NCBI GenBank assembly: GCA_024639145.1
Contig: JAHEIZ010000008.1
Span: forward strand, 11,754 to 75,753
Length of the DNA: 64,000 bases
Source of the DNA: Actinomycetes bacterium
Lineage (GTDB): Bacteria; Actinomycetota; Actinomycetes; S36-B12
Reading direction: 5' to 3'
Within the stretch, counting starts at the first letter, position 1. Every line of letters starts with the position of its first letter. This document shows, piece after piece, positions 45,626-56,990 of the stretch. The notes below the pieces were generated by a model. It ran no database searches and was not told the origin of the DNA. It saw nothing but the letters and a program-made list of their open reading frames with translations. A program made the position numbers and the translations under genes.

Positions 45626-46771
45626 ATGAGTAGGCCACTCGAGTCCGTCGCGCATGCGCACCGACTCGCGAAGCGCCGCCTGCCCGGCTCCGTCTACTCC
45701 TTCATCGAGGGCGGCAATGAGGCACGCATCACCGTGCGCGCGAATGTCGAGGCCTTCGAGGAGATCGGGTTCCGCCCGCGCGTCTCGAGCACTCAGTCGG
45801 CGCCGGATCCGCGCACCACGGTGCTCGGACGCGAGATCGCCATGCCGCTCATCACGACTCCTGCAGGCTTCATCCGCATCGCGAATCCGGCCGGTGAGCT
45901 CGCGGTCGCGCGGGCAGCAGCACGCGCCGGCATCCCGACCGGCGTGAGCATCCTTGCGAGCACCGCCATCGAGGAGATCACCGCGGTCAATCCCGATACC
46001 TGGTTCCAGCTCTACATGATCGGCGGTCGCGAGGGCACCGCTGCCGCGATCGAGCGAGCGCGCCAGGCAGGCGTCCGCGTGCTGATCGTCACCGTCGACC
46101 TGGCTGCCGGAACCGGCGGCAGCGACACCCGCAAGGCAGCGATGCCTCCCGGTCGCGTCAATCTCGCCAGCGCCGTGCGCCACTCGCCCGAGATGGTGAC
46201 TCATCCGCGCTGGGCGCTGAGCTTCTTGCGCGGCGGTCTCGAGCTGACCGCTCCGAACGTGCCCGGGGTCGACGGCCGCTCCATGACAATTGCCGAGGGC
46301 AGCGCCGCACTGCGCGAGCATCCGCCGACGTGGGACGACATCGCCTTCATCCGCGGGCTCTGGGATGGCCCGCTCGTCGTGAAGGGCATCGTCACCGGTG
46401 ATGACGCTCGTCGTGCGGCTGACCTCGGCGTCGACGCGGTGTCGGTCTCGAATCACGGAGGCAATGGCCTCGACGGCGCACCGGCCACGATCCGCGCCCT
46501 GCCCGAGGTCGTCGCGGCAGTCGGCGATCGCATCGAGGTGCTGATGGACGGCGGCGTACGCCGTGGCGGCGATGTCGTGAAAGCGGTGTCACTCGGAGCG
46601 CGCGCCGTGCTGATCGGTCGCCCGTACATCTGGGCACTCGCGGCCGGCGGCGAGCAGGGTGTCGACGAGATGCTCGCGCTCTTCCGCAAGGGCATCTCGG
46701 GAACGATGGCCCTGCTCGATCGACGCAGTGTCAGCGAGCTCGATGCGAGTGCGCTGATCCTGCGGAGGTAG
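45626..46771 (+). CDS. FMN-dependent alpha-hydroxy-acid dehydrogenase/oxidase family protein
   Basis: 381 aa. TIM-barrel FMN family signatures (SNHGG, GGVRRGGDV, IGRPY). Confidence 0.8.
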   Translation: MSRPLESVAHAHRLAKRRLPGSVYSFIEGGNEARITVRANVEAFEEIGFRPRVSSTQSAPDPRTTVLGREIAMPLITTPAGFIRIANPAGELAVARAAARAGIPTGVSILASTAIEEITAVNPDTWFQLYMIGGREGTAAAIERARQAGVRVLIVTVDLAAGTGGSDTRKAAMPPGRVNLASAVRHSPEMVTHPRWALSFLRGGLELTAPNVPGVDGRSMTIAEGSAALREHPPTWDDIAFIRGLWDGPLVVKGIVTGDDARRAADLGVDAVSVSNHGGNGLDGAPATIRALPEVVAAVGDRIEVLMDGGVRRGGDVVKAVSLGARAVLIGRPYIWALAAGGEQGVDEMLALFRKGISGTMALLDRRSVSELDASALILRR

Positions 46772-46774
46772 GGG

Positions 46775-47878
46775 TCAGCGAGTCGACGGCTGCACGAACG
46801 GCGGCTTGGCCACCGTGAATGACGAGGCGCGACCGCGCACGTCGACGATGACCGTGGCGCCGATCTGCACCGACGAGTCGATCAGCGCCAGGCCGATGCC
46901 CTGCTTGAGGGTCGGCGAGAACGTGCCGCTGACGACCTCGCCGATCACGGCGCCGTCGAGTGACTCGGCGTGCACGCTCATGTGAGCGCGCGGAATGCCG
47001 CGATCGTTGGCGAGGATGCCGCGCAGCCGACGAGCCGGGCCTGCCGCCTTCTCCGCGATCAGCGCATCGCGGCCCGCAAAGGCCGGCTTGTCCCAGCCGA
47101 TTGCCCAGCCGAGGCCGGCAGTGACCGGTGAGATGGACGGACTGATGTCCTGGCCGTGCAGCGGGTATCCCATCTCGGTGCGCAGGGTGTCGCGCGCACC
47201 CAGGCCCGCCGGAAGACCGCCCACGTTCTCGGCCGCGGCAACAGCGGCATCCCAGAGACTGACCAGGACGTCATTCGGCGCGACGAGCTCGAAGCCGTGC
47301 TCGCCCGTGTACCCGGTGCGGCAGACCACGACCGGCGCATCATTCCAGCGTGCCATCTCCATCGACATGTAGTCGTGCCCATGGGGAAAGCCGAGGGCAT
47401 GCATGACTCCATCGCTCTTGGGCCCCTGCACAGCGATGATGCCGTGTGTGAGGTGCTGGTCATCGATGGAGATTCCGTCCGGTGCCGCGGCGCGAAGTGC
47501 GGCGATGACGGTTGCCGCATTCGAGGCGTTGGGAATGATGAAGACGCCGTCATCCGACCAGCGGTAGACGATGAGATCGTCGATGACACCTCCTGACTCG
47601 TTGCAGAGCATCGAGTACTGCGCCTTGCCGGCAGGAATTCGATTCAGATCGTTGGCGAGAACCGTGTTGAGGAAATCGACAGCGCCTTCACCGTGCACGG
47701 CCACCTTGCCCATGTGCGAAACATCGAAGACACCAACGGCGGTGCGCACCGCGGTGTGCTCGGCGACTACGCCGGAGTACTCGATGGGCATGTCCCAGCC
47801 GCCGAAGTCGGCGGTCTTGGCCCCGAGGGCCACGTGGCGGTCGAACAGGGGCGTCTTCTTCAGCGCATTCTCGGTCAC
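46775..47878 (-). CDS. gcvT: Glycine cleavage system aminomethyltransferase (T protein)
   Basis: 367 aa. Contains TPLFDRH..GAK...FGGWDMPIEY and VFDVSHMG motifs. Confidence 0.9.
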   Translation of the reverse strand: MTENALKKTPLFDRHVALGAKTADFGGWDMPIEYSGVVAEHTAVRTAVGVFDVSHMGKVAVHGEGAVDFLNTVLANDLNRIPAGKAQYSMLCNESGGVIDDLIVYRWSDDGVFIIPNASNAATVIAALRAAAPDGISIDDQHLTHGIIAVQGPKSDGVMHALGFPHGHDYMSMEMARWNDAPVVVCRTGYTGEHGFELVAPNDVLVSLWDAAVAAAENVGGLPAGLGARDTLRTEMGYPLHGQDISPSISPVTAGLGWAIGWDKPAFAGRDALIAEKAAGPARRLRGILANDRGIPRAHMSVHAESLDGAVIGEVVSGTFSPTLKQGIGLALIDSSVQIGATVIVDVRGRASSFTVAKPPFVQPSTR

Positions 47879-47906
47879 GTGCGAACGCTAGCAATAGGCT
47901 GAATCC

Positions 47907-49388
47907 ATGACCTTGACACTTGCCGCCACCTCACCTGCCGCCACCGTCTGCGATGCCCTTCTCGTCGGGATCGCCCCAGCCAAGGGCAAGACCGTCGATG
48001 TCTACGCGCACGGCCTGACCGCTGCGCAGTCGCGCAAGCTCGCCGAGGCGCTCGCCTCGGCCGGGGCCACCGGCAAGGCCGGCGAGGTCACCCGCATCCC
48101 CGCGCAGACCGGGATCAAGGCCAAGACGATCGTCGGCGTCGGACTCGGCGAGTTCCGCACGATGAAGGGGTTCGAGTCCTTCCGTCGCAGCATCGGCAAT
48201 GCCGTGCGCTCGGTGGCCGGCATGAAGAAAATTGCGATCATCGCGACTCCGGACATTCCCCACTTACGCCCGCTTGCACTTGGTGCACAGCTCGCGGCGT
48301 ATTCCTTCACGGCTCACAAGGGCAAGTCGAAGGGCGCTACGCCGGTGCCGAGCATCGTGCTTCTCGTCCCGGGAGCAGCCACTCCTGAGCAGAAGGAGCT
48401 CATTTCCGAGCTCAACGTCATCACGTCCAGCGTGTTCCTCGCCCGCGATCTCGTGAACACTCCTCCGAATGCCCTGCCTCCGGTCGAGCTCGCCAAGGCG
48501 GCCAAGGACGCCGTGGCCGGACTTCCGGTCAAGGTCACCACCTGGGACGTCGCAGCTCTCAAGCGCGATGGCTGCGGCGGCATCCTCGGTGTCGGCCAGG
48601 GGTCGACCAATCCCCCGCGCCTGGTGAAGCTCGAGTACGCACCCGCAGGCGCGACCAAGCACCTCTCCCTCGTCGGTAAGGGCATCACCTTTGATACCGG
48701 CGGCATCTCGATCAAGCCCGCAGCCCAGATGGATGAGATGAAGGGTGACATGGGCGGCGCAGCCGCGGTCATCGCCGCTGTGAAGGCCATCGCCGAGTTG
48801 GGCCTGAAGGTCAAGGTCACTGGCTGGGTGCCCACCGCAGAGAACATGCCCAGCGGCGAGGCCATGCGTCCCGGCGATGTCATCACCATGTTCGACGGCA
48901 CCACCGTCGAAGTCCTGAACACCGACGCCGAGGGTCGCCTCATCCTGGCTGACGCCCTGGGCATGGCCGTTCTCGAGAAGCCGACCCTCCTGATCGACGC
49001 AGCGACCTTGACCGGCGCACAGGGCGTGGCCCTCGGATCACGCATTTCCGGGGTCATGTCCAACGACGACGAGGCCCGGGCCCAGGTCTGCGCCGCAGCT
49101 GACGCCGCAGGCGAGGAGGTCTGGCCGATGCCCCTCTCGGAGGACTTCCGCCCTGCCTTCGACTCGGCCACGGCCGATCTCGCCAATATCGGCGACCGCT
49201 TCGGCGGGATGATGGGTGCCGGCGTCTTCCTGCAAGAGTTCATCCCCAAGGGCCAGCCGTGGGTGCACATCGACATCGCCCGGCCCTCGTTCAATGACAA
49301 GGCCGCCTACGGGTACACCCCCAAGGGAGGCACCGGAGCCGCCGTGCGCACCTTCGTTCAGGTCGCCCAGGAGCTTGCGACAGAATAG
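47907..49388 (+). CDS. pepA: Leucyl aminopeptidase (M17)
   Basis: 493 aa. Contains VGKGITFDTGGISIKP and NTDAEGRLILAD motifs. Confidence 0.9.
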   Translation: MTLTLAATSPAATVCDALLVGIAPAKGKTVDVYAHGLTAAQSRKLAEALASAGATGKAGEVTRIPAQTGIKAKTIVGVGLGEFRTMKGFESFRRSIGNAVRSVAGMKKIAIIATPDIPHLRPLALGAQLAAYSFTAHKGKSKGATPVPSIVLLVPGAATPEQKELISELNVITSSVFLARDLVNTPPNALPPVELAKAAKDAVAGLPVKVTTWDVAALKRDGCGGILGVGQGSTNPPRLVKLEYAPAGATKHLSLVGKGITFDTGGISIKPAAQMDEMKGDMGGAAAVIAAVKAIAELGLKVKVTGWVPTAENMPSGEAMRPGDVITMFDGTTVEVLNTDAEGRLILADALGMAVLEKPTLLIDAATLTGAQGVALGSRISGVMSNDDEARAQVCAAADAAGEEVWPMPLSEDFRPAFDSATADLANIGDRFGGMMGAGVFLQEFIPKGQPWVHIDIARPSFNDKAAYGYTPKGGTGAAVRTFVQVAQELATE

Positions 49389-49436
49389 GGCTACCGGATC
49401 ACGTCGATTCGGGCGTTCGCGCACCTCGTATAGACA

Positions 49437-50819
49437 GTGGGAGCCTCCGTGGCACATGCAGACCTGGTCATCCTCGGCGGCGGCAGCGGCGGTTACGCCT
49501 GTGCCCTACGAGCATCGGAGCTCGGCCTCTCGGTCATCCTGATCGACAAGGACAAGCTCGGTGGCACCTGCCTGCATCGCGGCTGCATTCCCACCAAGGC
49601 CCTGCTGCACGCCGCCGAGGTTGCCGACTCTGCACGTGAGAGCGAGCAGTTCGGCGTCAACGCATCGCTGCATGGCATCGACATGATCAAGGTCAACGAG
49701 TACCGCGATGGCGTGGTCGGTCGTCTCTACAAGGGCCTTCAGGGTCTGGTGAAGAGCCGCAACGTGACCTTCGTCGAAGGTGCCGGTCGTCTTGTCGGCC
49801 CGAACACCGTCGAGGTCAATGGCGAGCAGTACACGGGCACCCATGTCGTGCTCGCCACCGGCTCATACGCCCGCACGCTGCCGGGTCTCGAAATCGGCGG
49901 TCGCATCATGACCTCCGACCAGGCACTGAACCTCGACTACGTTCCCGCGCGCACCATCGTGCTCGGCGGCGGCGTCATCGGTGTTGAGTTCGCGAGCGTC
50001 TGGAAGTCCTTCGGAGCCGAGGTCACCATCATCGAGGGCCTGCCCCGCCTGGTTCCCAACGAGGACGAGGCATGCAGCAAGGCACTCGAGCGCGCATTCC
50101 GTAAGCGCGGCATCAACTTCTCGACCGGCGTGCGTTTCGCGTCTGCGACTCAAGACGACAACGGCGTGCATGTCACCCTCGAAGATGGCAAGACCTTCGA
50201 TGCGGACGTCCTTCTCGTTGCCGTGGGCCGTGGCCCGAACGCGACCGGTATGGGCTTCGAGGAGCAAGGTGTCGCCATGGAGCGCGGCTGGGTCCTCGTC
50301 GACGAGCGCCTGCGCACGAACATCCCGAGCATCTTTGCCGTCGGTGACATCACCCCCGGCCTGCAGCTCGCGCACCGCGGCTTCCAGCACGGCATCTTCG
50401 TTTCCGAGGAGATCGCGGGCCTGCGCCCGATGGTCATCGCTGACATCAACATCCCGCGCGTGACCTACTGCGAGCCGGAGATCGGCTCGGTCGGCATGAC
50501 CGAGGTCGAGGCCAAGGCGGCGCATGGCGATGCGGCGATCACGACCTACGAGTACAACCTCGGCGGCAATGGCAAGAGCCAGATCCTCGGCACCGCGGGC
50601 TTCATCAAGCTCGTGCAGCTCAAGGACGGCCCCGTGATCGGCATTCACATGGTCGGCTCGCGCATCGGCGAGCAGATCGGCGAGGCCCAGCTCATCGTGA
50701 ACTGGGAGGCCCATCCAGAGGATGTCGCCAACCTCATTCACGCTCATCCGACCCAGAACGAGGCCATGGGCGAGGCGCATCTTGCACTCGCAGGCAAGCC
50801 GCTCCATGCTCACGCATAG
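49437..50819 (+). CDS. lpd: Dihydrolipoyl dehydrogenase (E3)
   Basis: GGGSGGY FAD site, redox disulfide [13 protein letters not shown], and C-terminal HAHPTQNE. The start is GTG 49437 or GTG 49449. Confidence 0.9.
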   Translation: MGASVAHADLVILGGGSGGYACALRASELGLSVILIDKDKLGGTCLHRGCIPTKALLHAAEVADSARESEQFGVNASLHGIDMIKVNEYRDGVVGRLYKGLQGLVKSRNVTFVEGAGRLVGPNTVEVNGEQYTGTHVVLATGSYARTLPGLEIGGRIMTSDQALNLDYVPARTIVLGGGVIGVEFASVWKSFGAEVTIIEGLPRLVPNEDEACSKALERAFRKRGINFSTGVRFASATQDDNGVHVTLEDGKTFDADVLLVAVGRGPNATGMGFEEQGVAMERGWVLVDERLRTNIPSIFAVGDITPGLQLAHRGFQHGIFVSEEIAGLRPMVIADINIPRVTYCEPEIGSVGMTEVEAKAAHGDAAITTYEYNLGGNGKSQILGTAGFIKLVQLKDGPVIGIHMVGSRIGEQIGEAQLIVNWEAHPEDVANLIHAHPTQNEAMGEAHLALAGKPLHAHA

Positions 50820-50941
50820 TTGAACTAGTACGACCAGCACCACCACCGCTTCACCGCGTAGGGCCGAACCGGCACCGCGCACTTGATCAGCAGTACCTCG
50901 GACAAAGGGCCACAAGCCCGAATACGAAGGAGCAGCAGAAG

Positions 50942-52612
50942 ATGTCGGTTTCGGTCACCATGCCCCAGCTGGGCGAGAGCGTCACTGAAGGCACGATCAC
51001 GCGCTGGCTAAAGAACGTCGGCGACACCGTCGTGGCCGATGAGCCCTTGCTCGAGATCTCCACCGACAAGGTCGACACCGAGATCCCCGCACCGGCATCC
51101 GGCGTTCTCCTGTCGATCAGCGCCCAGGAAGACGAGACCGTGCTGGTCGGCGCAGAGCTTGCCGTCATCGGTGCTGCCGACTCCGCACCTGCTGCTGCAC
51201 CTGCTCCCGCCGCGCCCTCCCCTGTCGCCGAGGCACCGGCTGCACCCGCCCCCGTTGTCGCGGCACCCGCCGCACCTGCTGCTCCGGCGGCAGGTGGCGC
51301 CACCACCGCAGTCGTACTCCCCGCCCTCGGCGAGAGCGTGACCGAGGGCACCGTCGTGCGCTGGCTCAAGGCAGTCGGCGATTCAGTTGCCGCTGACGAG
51401 CCGCTGCTCGAGATCTCGACCGACAAGGTCGACACCGAGATCCCCGCCCCCGTGGCCGGCACCTTGGTCGAGATCATCGCCGGTGATGACGCCACTGTCG
51501 AGGTAGGCGGCCAGCTCGGCCTCATCGCCACCGGTGCTGCGGCACCCGCAGCGCCCGCACCTGCCGCTCCTGCGCCGGCTGCCCCCGCTCCCGCAGCTCC
51601 CGTGGCCGCGGCACCCGCTCCCGCCGCACCCGTAGCGGCACCCGCCGTCGCAGCCGCTACTCCCGCAGCCGATATCGATAATTCCGACTCCTACGTCACT
51701 CCGCTCGTGCGCCGCCTCGCTGCGCAAAATGGCGTTGACCTCTCGACGATCACCGGCTCCGGGGTTGGCGGCCGCATCCGCAAGCAGGATGTGCTTGCCG
51801 CCGCCGCGCCCAAGGCTGCCGCACCCGCAGTGCCTGCCGCGGCTGCGACCGCAGCGCCGTCGGCACCTGCCTCCCTGCCGGTATCGCCGCTGCGCGGTCG
51901 CACCGAGAAGATGCCGCGCCTGCGCAAGGTCATCGCCGAGCGCATGGTCGAGTCCTTGCAGGTCTCCGCGCAGCTGACCACGGTGATCGAGGTCGACGTC
52001 ACGCGCATCAATACCCTGCGCGGCAAGGTCAAGCGCGACTTCGAGGCACGCGAGGGCGTCAAGCTCTCGTTCCTCCCGTTCTTCTGCAAGGCCGCCGTCG
52101 AAGCCCTCAAGCAGTTCCCGCAGGTGAACGCCTCCGTCGACATGGCGGAGGGCACGATCACCTACCACGATTCCGAGAACCTCGGCATCGCCGTCGACAC
52201 CGACCGCGGCCTGCTCGTCCCGGTCATTCGCAACGCGGGCGATCTCAACATCGCCGGTATCGCGCGCCACATCGCCGACGTCGCCGAGCGCACCCGCACC
52301 AACAAGGTCTCCCCTGATGAGCTGAGCGGTGGCACCTTCACGGTGACAAACACCGGAAGCCGCGGCGCCCTGTTCGACACTCCGATCATCAACCAGCCGC
52401 AGGTGGCAATTCTCGGCACCGGTGCAGTGGTCAAGAAGCCCGTGGTCGTCACCGACGACACCGGGGCTGACGTGATCGCCATTCGCTCAATGGTCTACCT
52501 GGCGCTGTCCTACGACCATCGAATCGTCGATGGCGCTGACGCGGCTCGATTCCTCGGCGCCATGAAGGTGCGCCTGGAAGAGGCAGCCTTCGAGGCCGAG
52601 CTCGGTCTGTAG
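50942..52612 (+). CDS. sucB: 2-oxoacid dehydrogenase E2 (dihydrolipoamide succinyl/acetyl-transferase) with two lipoyl domains
   Basis: 556 aa. Two lipoyl domains ([14 protein letters not shown] twice), Ala/Pro linkers, a subunit-binding domain ([15 protein letters not shown]) and a catalytic core with DHRIVDGA. Confidence 0.9.
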   Translation: MSVSVTMPQLGESVTEGTITRWLKNVGDTVVADEPLLEISTDKVDTEIPAPASGVLLSISAQEDETVLVGAELAVIGAADSAPAAAPAPAAPSPVAEAPAAPAPVVAAPAAPAAPAAGGATTAVVLPALGESVTEGTVVRWLKAVGDSVAADEPLLEISTDKVDTEIPAPVAGTLVEIIAGDDATVEVGGQLGLIATGAAAPAAPAPAAPAPAAPAPAAPVAAAPAPAAPVAAPAVAAATPAADIDNSDSYVTPLVRRLAAQNGVDLSTITGSGVGGRIRKQDVLAAAAPKAAAPAVPAAAATAAPSAPASLPVSPLRGRTEKMPRLRKVIAERMVESLQVSAQLTTVIEVDVTRINTLRGKVKRDFEAREGVKLSFLPFFCKAAVEALKQFPQVNASVDMAEGTITYHDSENLGIAVDTDRGLLVPVIRNAGDLNIAGIARHIADVAERTRTNKVSPDELSGGTFTVTNTGSRGALFDTPIINQPQVAILGTGAVVKKPVVVTDDTGADVIAIRSMVYLALSYDHRIVDGADAARFLGAMKVRLEEAAFEAELGL

Positions 52613-52646
52613 TGCGTCAACGGCCGACCTGCGAGAGGCTGAGGCC

Positions 52647-53543
52647 ATGAGAATCGCTGTCACCGGATCATCAGGCCTCATCGGCTCCGCCCTCGTGCCG
52701 CATCTTCGCGCCGCGGGCCATGAAGTCCAGCGCGTCGTGCGCCGCAGTGCTGCTGCTCCTGACGAGATCACCTGGGATCCCGCGAAGGGCACGATCGATC
52801 TCGCTGCCCTCAACGGCGTCGACGGTGTCGTGCACCTCGCAGGAGCAGGCGTGGGCGATCACCGCTGGAGCGATGACTACAAGCGCGAGATCCTCGACAG
52901 TCGCATCGACAGCACGAACACCATCGTGCGAGCGATGCAGCAGGTCGAGCATCGTCCCCGCGTTCTGGTGTCCGCCTCCGCCATCGGCTGGTACGGCGAT
53001 ACCGGCGATCGCATCGTCGATGAGACCGCTCCGGCAGGCACTGGCTTCCTCGCCGACGTGGTGCGCGCCTGGGAGGGCGCATCTCAGGTAGCAGTCGAGT
53101 CGGGGATCCGCGTCGTGAATCCGCGCACCGGCCTGGTTGTGGCGAAGTCTGGCGGCGCCTGGGCGCGCATGTTCCCGCTCTTCAAGCTCGGCCTCGGCGG
53201 CAAGCTCGGCAACGGCAGGCAGTACTGGTCGTGGATCTCATTACGCGACGAGGTCTGCGCACTTCAGTTCCTACTTGAGCAAGAGCACCTCAGCGGTGCT
53301 GTGAACCTGACCGCACCGAACCCGGTCACCAATAGCGAGGTCACGAAGGTCATGGGCCAGGTACTCGGTCGTCCGACACTTCTGCCCGCACCTGCATTCG
53401 CACTGAAGGCAGCCCTCGGCGAGTTCTCGACTGAGGTACTCGGCAGCGCACGTGTGGTGCCTGCTGTGCTCGAGCACGCTCAGTTCCGGTTCCAGGACTC
53501 CACGATCGAGAGCGCGATTCGCACGGCCCTCGATAGCGAGTAA
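52647..53543 (+). CDS. SDR-type epimerase-family protein (TIGR01777 / DUF1731, Rv2216-like)
   Basis: 298 aa with a VTGSSGLIGSAL Rossmann start. Length and position match the family. Confidence 0.7.
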   Translation: MRIAVTGSSGLIGSALVPHLRAAGHEVQRVVRRSAAAPDEITWDPAKGTIDLAALNGVDGVVHLAGAGVGDHRWSDDYKREILDSRIDSTNTIVRAMQQVEHRPRVLVSASAIGWYGDTGDRIVDETAPAGTGFLADVVRAWEGASQVAVESGIRVVNPRTGLVVAKSGGAWARMFPLFKLGLGGKLGNGRQYWSWISLRDEVCALQFLLEQEHLSGAVNLTAPNPVTNSEVTKVMGQVLGRPTLLPAPAFALKAALGEFSTEVLGSARVVPAVLEHAQFRFQDSTIESAIRTALDSE

Positions 53544-53545
53544 TC

Positions 53546-54808
53546 ATGGCCGAATCGCACGACGTCGTCATCATCGGAGCCGGTCTGGCCGGCCTCGCTG
53601 CTGCACGTCAGCTGTCGATTCACGGTATCGATGTCATCGTCCTCGACTCGGCGGATGCCGTCGGCGGTCGGGTGCGAAGTGACGTCGTCGACGATTTCAT
53701 CCTCGATCGCGGTTTCCAGCTGTACAACCCGTCCTACCCGGAGGCCTCAAGGGTTCTCGATCATCAGGCCCTGCATCTCCAGGCCCTGGTTCCCGGCGTC
53801 GTCGTCTGCAAGGGCAATCATCGGATCCACCTCGGCGATCCGCGTCGCAAGCCCGGCTGGGCTCTGCAGGGAGCATCACGGCGCACGGGCTCTGCACTCT
53901 CGAAGATGCGCTTCGCTTCATATGCATGGAAGCAGTCGCGGCGACCGGTTGCCGAGATCGAGCGAGCGGCAGATCGCGATTCCTACAGCGCCCTTCGCGC
54001 TGCGGGTATCGATTCCACCTTCATCGAGAGTGTGCTGCGGCCGTTCCTGACCGGGGTCTTCCTCGAGGCCGACCTGCGCACTTCGCAGCGCTTCCTCGAT
54101 CTCGTTCTGCGGTCCTTCATCCGCGGCGTGCCGAGCGTTCCTGCCGCGGGCATGCAGGCCATTCCCGTCCAGCTCGCGAGTTCGCTGCCTGCGGGCAGTG
54201 TGCGTCTGGGAGTTCGTGCGACCGAGGTCACCGGATCACGGGTGCGCACCGACACGGATGATCTCGACGCACGCGCGATCATCGTCGCCACTGACCCGGT
54301 TTCCGCGGCGACCTTGCTGCCCGGTCTCACGATTCCCGCCGGCAACGCCGTCACCACCTGGTACCACGCCACGCGCACGAAGCTCACCGGTGGCGACGGC
54401 GTCCTCGTCGTTGATGGCGAGCACCGCGGCCCTGTCATCAATTCCGTCGCCATCTCCAATGCGGCACCCGACTACGCACCGGCGGGCCGCACCCTCGTCT
54501 CGTCCTCGACCCTGGGTACCGATTCCTCTACAGAGGCCGAGCGAGCTGTGCGTGAGCACCTCGCCGTGCTGCACGGCACGAGCACGCGAGACTGGGAGCT
54601 CATCGGCGTCTATGCGATCCCCTACGCCCTGCCGTCCATGCTTCCGCCATTGCAGGTCCGGCATCCCGTCGATCTCGGCGATGGACTCTTCGTCGCCGGA
54701 GACCACCGGGATACCGCCTCGATACAAGGAGCGATGGTCAGCGGTCGTCGCTGCGCCGATGCAGTGCTCTCGCGACTCGGTGTCACCTCGATCACGGGCG
54801 CGGCATGA
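53546..54808 (+). CDS. NAD(P)/FAD-dependent oxidoreductase (amine-oxidase/phytoene-desaturase-like)
   Basis: 420 aa with a [14 protein letters not shown] dinucleotide-binding start. Confidence 0.7.
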   Translation: MAESHDVVIIGAGLAGLAAARQLSIHGIDVIVLDSADAVGGRVRSDVVDDFILDRGFQLYNPSYPEASRVLDHQALHLQALVPGVVVCKGNHRIHLGDPRRKPGWALQGASRRTGSALSKMRFASYAWKQSRRPVAEIERAADRDSYSALRAAGIDSTFIESVLRPFLTGVFLEADLRTSQRFLDLVLRSFIRGVPSVPAAGMQAIPVQLASSLPAGSVRLGVRATEVTGSRVRTDTDDLDARAIIVATDPVSAATLLPGLTIPAGNAVTTWYHATRTKLTGGDGVLVVDGEHRGPVINSVAISNAAPDYAPAGRTLVSSSTLGTDSSTEAERAVREHLAVLHGTSTRDWELIGVYAIPYALPSMLPPLQVRHPVDLGDGLFVAGDHRDTASIQGAMVSGRRCADAVLSRLGVTSITGAA

Positions 54809-55455
54809 GCACGACAACTTCACTGGAGATTCGCGAGATCGGATTCGGCGACGCGGCGGTCGACTACCAGTCCGGCTGGGATCTCCAGCGGCAGGTTCAT
54901 GAGCAGGTCGTCGCCGGCACGATTCCCGACACCGTGCTGCTACTCGAGCATCAGTCGGTGTACACCGCAGGCCGGCGTACCGAGGACTTCGAGCGGCCAT
55001 TCGACGGTACCCCGGTCGTCGATGTCGATCGCGGCGGAAAAATCACCTGGCATGGTCCCGGCCAGTTGGTGGGATACCCGATCGTTCGTCTCCCGGATCC
55101 CATCGATGTCATCGCCCACGTCCGCCGCATCGAGACCATGCTCATCCAGGTGTGCGCCGAGTTCGGCGTGACCACGTCGCAGGTCAAGGGCCGTAGCGGT
55201 GTCTGGGTAACGGCCGATGATCGAGGCCCCGATCGCAAGATCGCCGCGATCGGCATCCGGGTCACACAAGGCGTTACCATGCACGGATTCGCCCTTAACT
55301 GCGACAACGACCTTGCCTGGTTCGACCGCATCGTGCCCTGCGGAATCCGCGATGCCGAGGTGACCACCTTGTCTCAGGAAACCGGCCGTCGAATCAGCGT
55401 GGCTGACGTGCTGCCGGTAGTCAGCGCCCGACTCCCCCTCGTCCTGACCGCGTAG
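54805..55455 (+). CDS. lipB: Lipoyl(octanoyl) transferase
   Basis: 216 aa. Contains [18 protein letters not shown] and KIAAIGIR motifs. Confidence 0.9.
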   Translation: MSTTTSLEIREIGFGDAAVDYQSGWDLQRQVHEQVVAGTIPDTVLLLEHQSVYTAGRRTEDFERPFDGTPVVDVDRGGKITWHGPGQLVGYPIVRLPDPIDVIAHVRRIETMLIQVCAEFGVTTSQVKGRSGVWVTADDRGPDRKIAAIGIRVTQGVTMHGFALNCDNDLAWFDRIVPCGIRDAEVTTLSQETGRRISVADVLPVVSARLPLVLTA

Positions 55456-55464
55456 GCTGACCAC

Positions 55465-56448
55465 GTGACCACTACCGATCCGGCCTACGGAGGCACCACT
55501 ACCGACGGTCGCAAGTTGCTGCGCATCGAGGCCCGCAATGCCGAGGTCCCGATCGAGCGCAAGCCTGAGTGGATCCGCACCAAGTTGCGCACCGGCCCCG
55601 AGTACTCGCAGATTCGCGAGCTCGTGAATCGAGAAGGTCTGCACACCGTCTGCCAGGAAGCCGGCTGCCCGAATATCTACGAATGCTGGGAGGACCGCGA
55701 GGCCACCTTCCTGATCGGCGGCGAGCAGTGCACGCGTCGTTGTGATTTCTGCCAGATCGATACCGGCAAGCCAGCACCACTCGATACCGATGAGCCGCGT
55801 CGCGTCGCCGAGTCCGTGCGCACGATGCAATTGCGCTTCGCGACCATCACCGGCGTTGCTCGTGATGATCTTCCTGACGAAGGCGCTTGGCTGTATGCCG
55901 AGACCATTCGACTCATCAATGAGTTGAATCCCGGCACCAATGTCGAGGTACTGATCCCCGACTTCTCGGCCAACCCAGAACTGCTTCAGCAAGTCTTCGA
56001 TGCCAGGCCCGCCGTGCTCGCGCACAACCTCGAGACTGTGCCACGCATCTTCAAGCGGATTCGTCCGGCTTTCACCTACGAGCGCAGTCTCGATGTCATC
56101 ACCCAGGCGAAGAACAAAGGCCAGATCACCAAGAGCAATCTGATTCTCGGCATGGGTGAGGAGATCCCCGAGGTCGTGCAGGCACTTCGTGACCTTCATG
56201 AGGCAGGCTGCGACCTGATTACCATCACCCAGTACCTGCGCCCGAGCTCCCGCCATCATCCGGTCGAACGCTGGGTGCGCCCCGAGGAGTTCGTCGAACT
56301 CGCCGACGTCGCCACCGAGATCGGCTTCGCCGGCGTCATGAGTGGTCCGCTCGTGCGGAGCAGCTATCGCGCCGGTCGGCTCTACTCGCAGGCGCTCGAG
56401 GCGCGCGAGCGTGGCGAGCAGGCCTCGATCACCGTCACCGGCGCCTGA
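55465..56448 (+). CDS. lipA: Lipoyl synthase (radical SAM)
   Basis: 327 aa. Two Cys clusters: [12 protein letters not shown] and CTRRCDFC. Confidence 0.95.
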   Translation: MTTTDPAYGGTTTDGRKLLRIEARNAEVPIERKPEWIRTKLRTGPEYSQIRELVNREGLHTVCQEAGCPNIYECWEDREATFLIGGEQCTRRCDFCQIDTGKPAPLDTDEPRRVAESVRTMQLRFATITGVARDDLPDEGAWLYAETIRLINELNPGTNVEVLIPDFSANPELLQQVFDARPAVLAHNLETVPRIFKRIRPAFTYERSLDVITQAKNKGQITKSNLILGMGEEIPEVVQALRDLHEAGCDLITITQYLRPSSRHHPVERWVRPEEFVELADVATEIGFAGVMSGPLVRSSYRAGRLYSQALEARERGEQASITVTGA

Positions 56449-56449
56449 G

Positions 56450-56980
56450 ATGAGCGCCGTCGTTCTCGCCACGCATATCTGGCCGAGTACGTCAGAGCAT
56501 CCGATCCCTGTCGAGTTCCTTGATCTGGATTTCGAGGGCGCCATTGGCGATCGCCACTACGGCGCGACCATGGCGGCAGGGGTCCGGCAGAAGAAACTCT
56601 TCACCCGCGGAACCGAGATCACGAACCTGCGACAGCTCTCCCTCGTCGATCGCGGCGAACTCGATCGCGTGGCCGCGACGCTCGGCATCGATGCCATTGA
56701 CCCCGGCGTCATTGCCGACAACATCTACACCGAGGGCATCGACGATCTCACCGCCCTGCCGCCCATGACCCGACTCGAGTTCAGCAGCGGCGCCATGGTG
56801 CTACTCGGCGGAGAGAACTTCCCGTGCACCATCGCGGGGGCCATGGTCAACCGGGTCCACGGCGCTCGAACAGCCGCCTTCCCCAAGGCCGCCATGGGGC
56901 TGCGGGGCGTCACCGGTTGGGTGGAGCGCCCGGCACCGATTCGCCCTGGCGACCGCATCACCGTGCACCGCTGGGCCTAG
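56450..56980 (+). CDS. MOSC-domain-like protein
   Basis: 176 aa from ATG 56450 (TGAgATG junction with lipA). GDRH and a conserved Cys in GENFPCTIAG. The upstream 36 codons of the track ORF overlap lipA and are rejected. Confidence 0.55.
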   Translation: MSAVVLATHIWPSTSEHPIPVEFLDLDFEGAIGDRHYGATMAAGVRQKKLFTRGTEITNLRQLSLVDRGELDRVAATLGIDAIDPGVIADNIYTEGIDDLTALPPMTRLEFSSGAMVLLGGENFPCTIAGAMVNRVHGARTAAFPKAAMGLRGVTGWVERPAPIRPGDRITVHRWA

Positions 56981-56990
56981 GCTTACTCCC

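Noticed and set aside
47879-47906. Glycine riboswitch (RF00504) expected upstream of gcvT
   Set aside because: Only 28 nt separate the divergent gcvT and pepA starts, which leaves no room for an aptamer.
50942-51660. Internal nucleotide-level repeats (for example 51041-51095 versus 51398-51452) and Ala/Pro-coding repeats
   Set aside because: These are the two tandem lipoyl domains and flexible linkers normal for actinobacterial E2 proteins. They are not a mobile or regulatory repeat.
54940-56544. 534-aa minus-strand ORF, plus similar long antisense ORFs elsewhere (8376-9428, 23015-24151, 28183-29325, 43895-45211, 49863-50915, 58125-59207, 62410-63717)
   Set aside because: Each is antisense to a gene with unambiguous catalytic motifs (lipB/lipA, ArsA-like, P450, ctaD, cobT, lpd, glnA, glnE). 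Each shows low-complexity Arg/Gly/Asp-rich translation.
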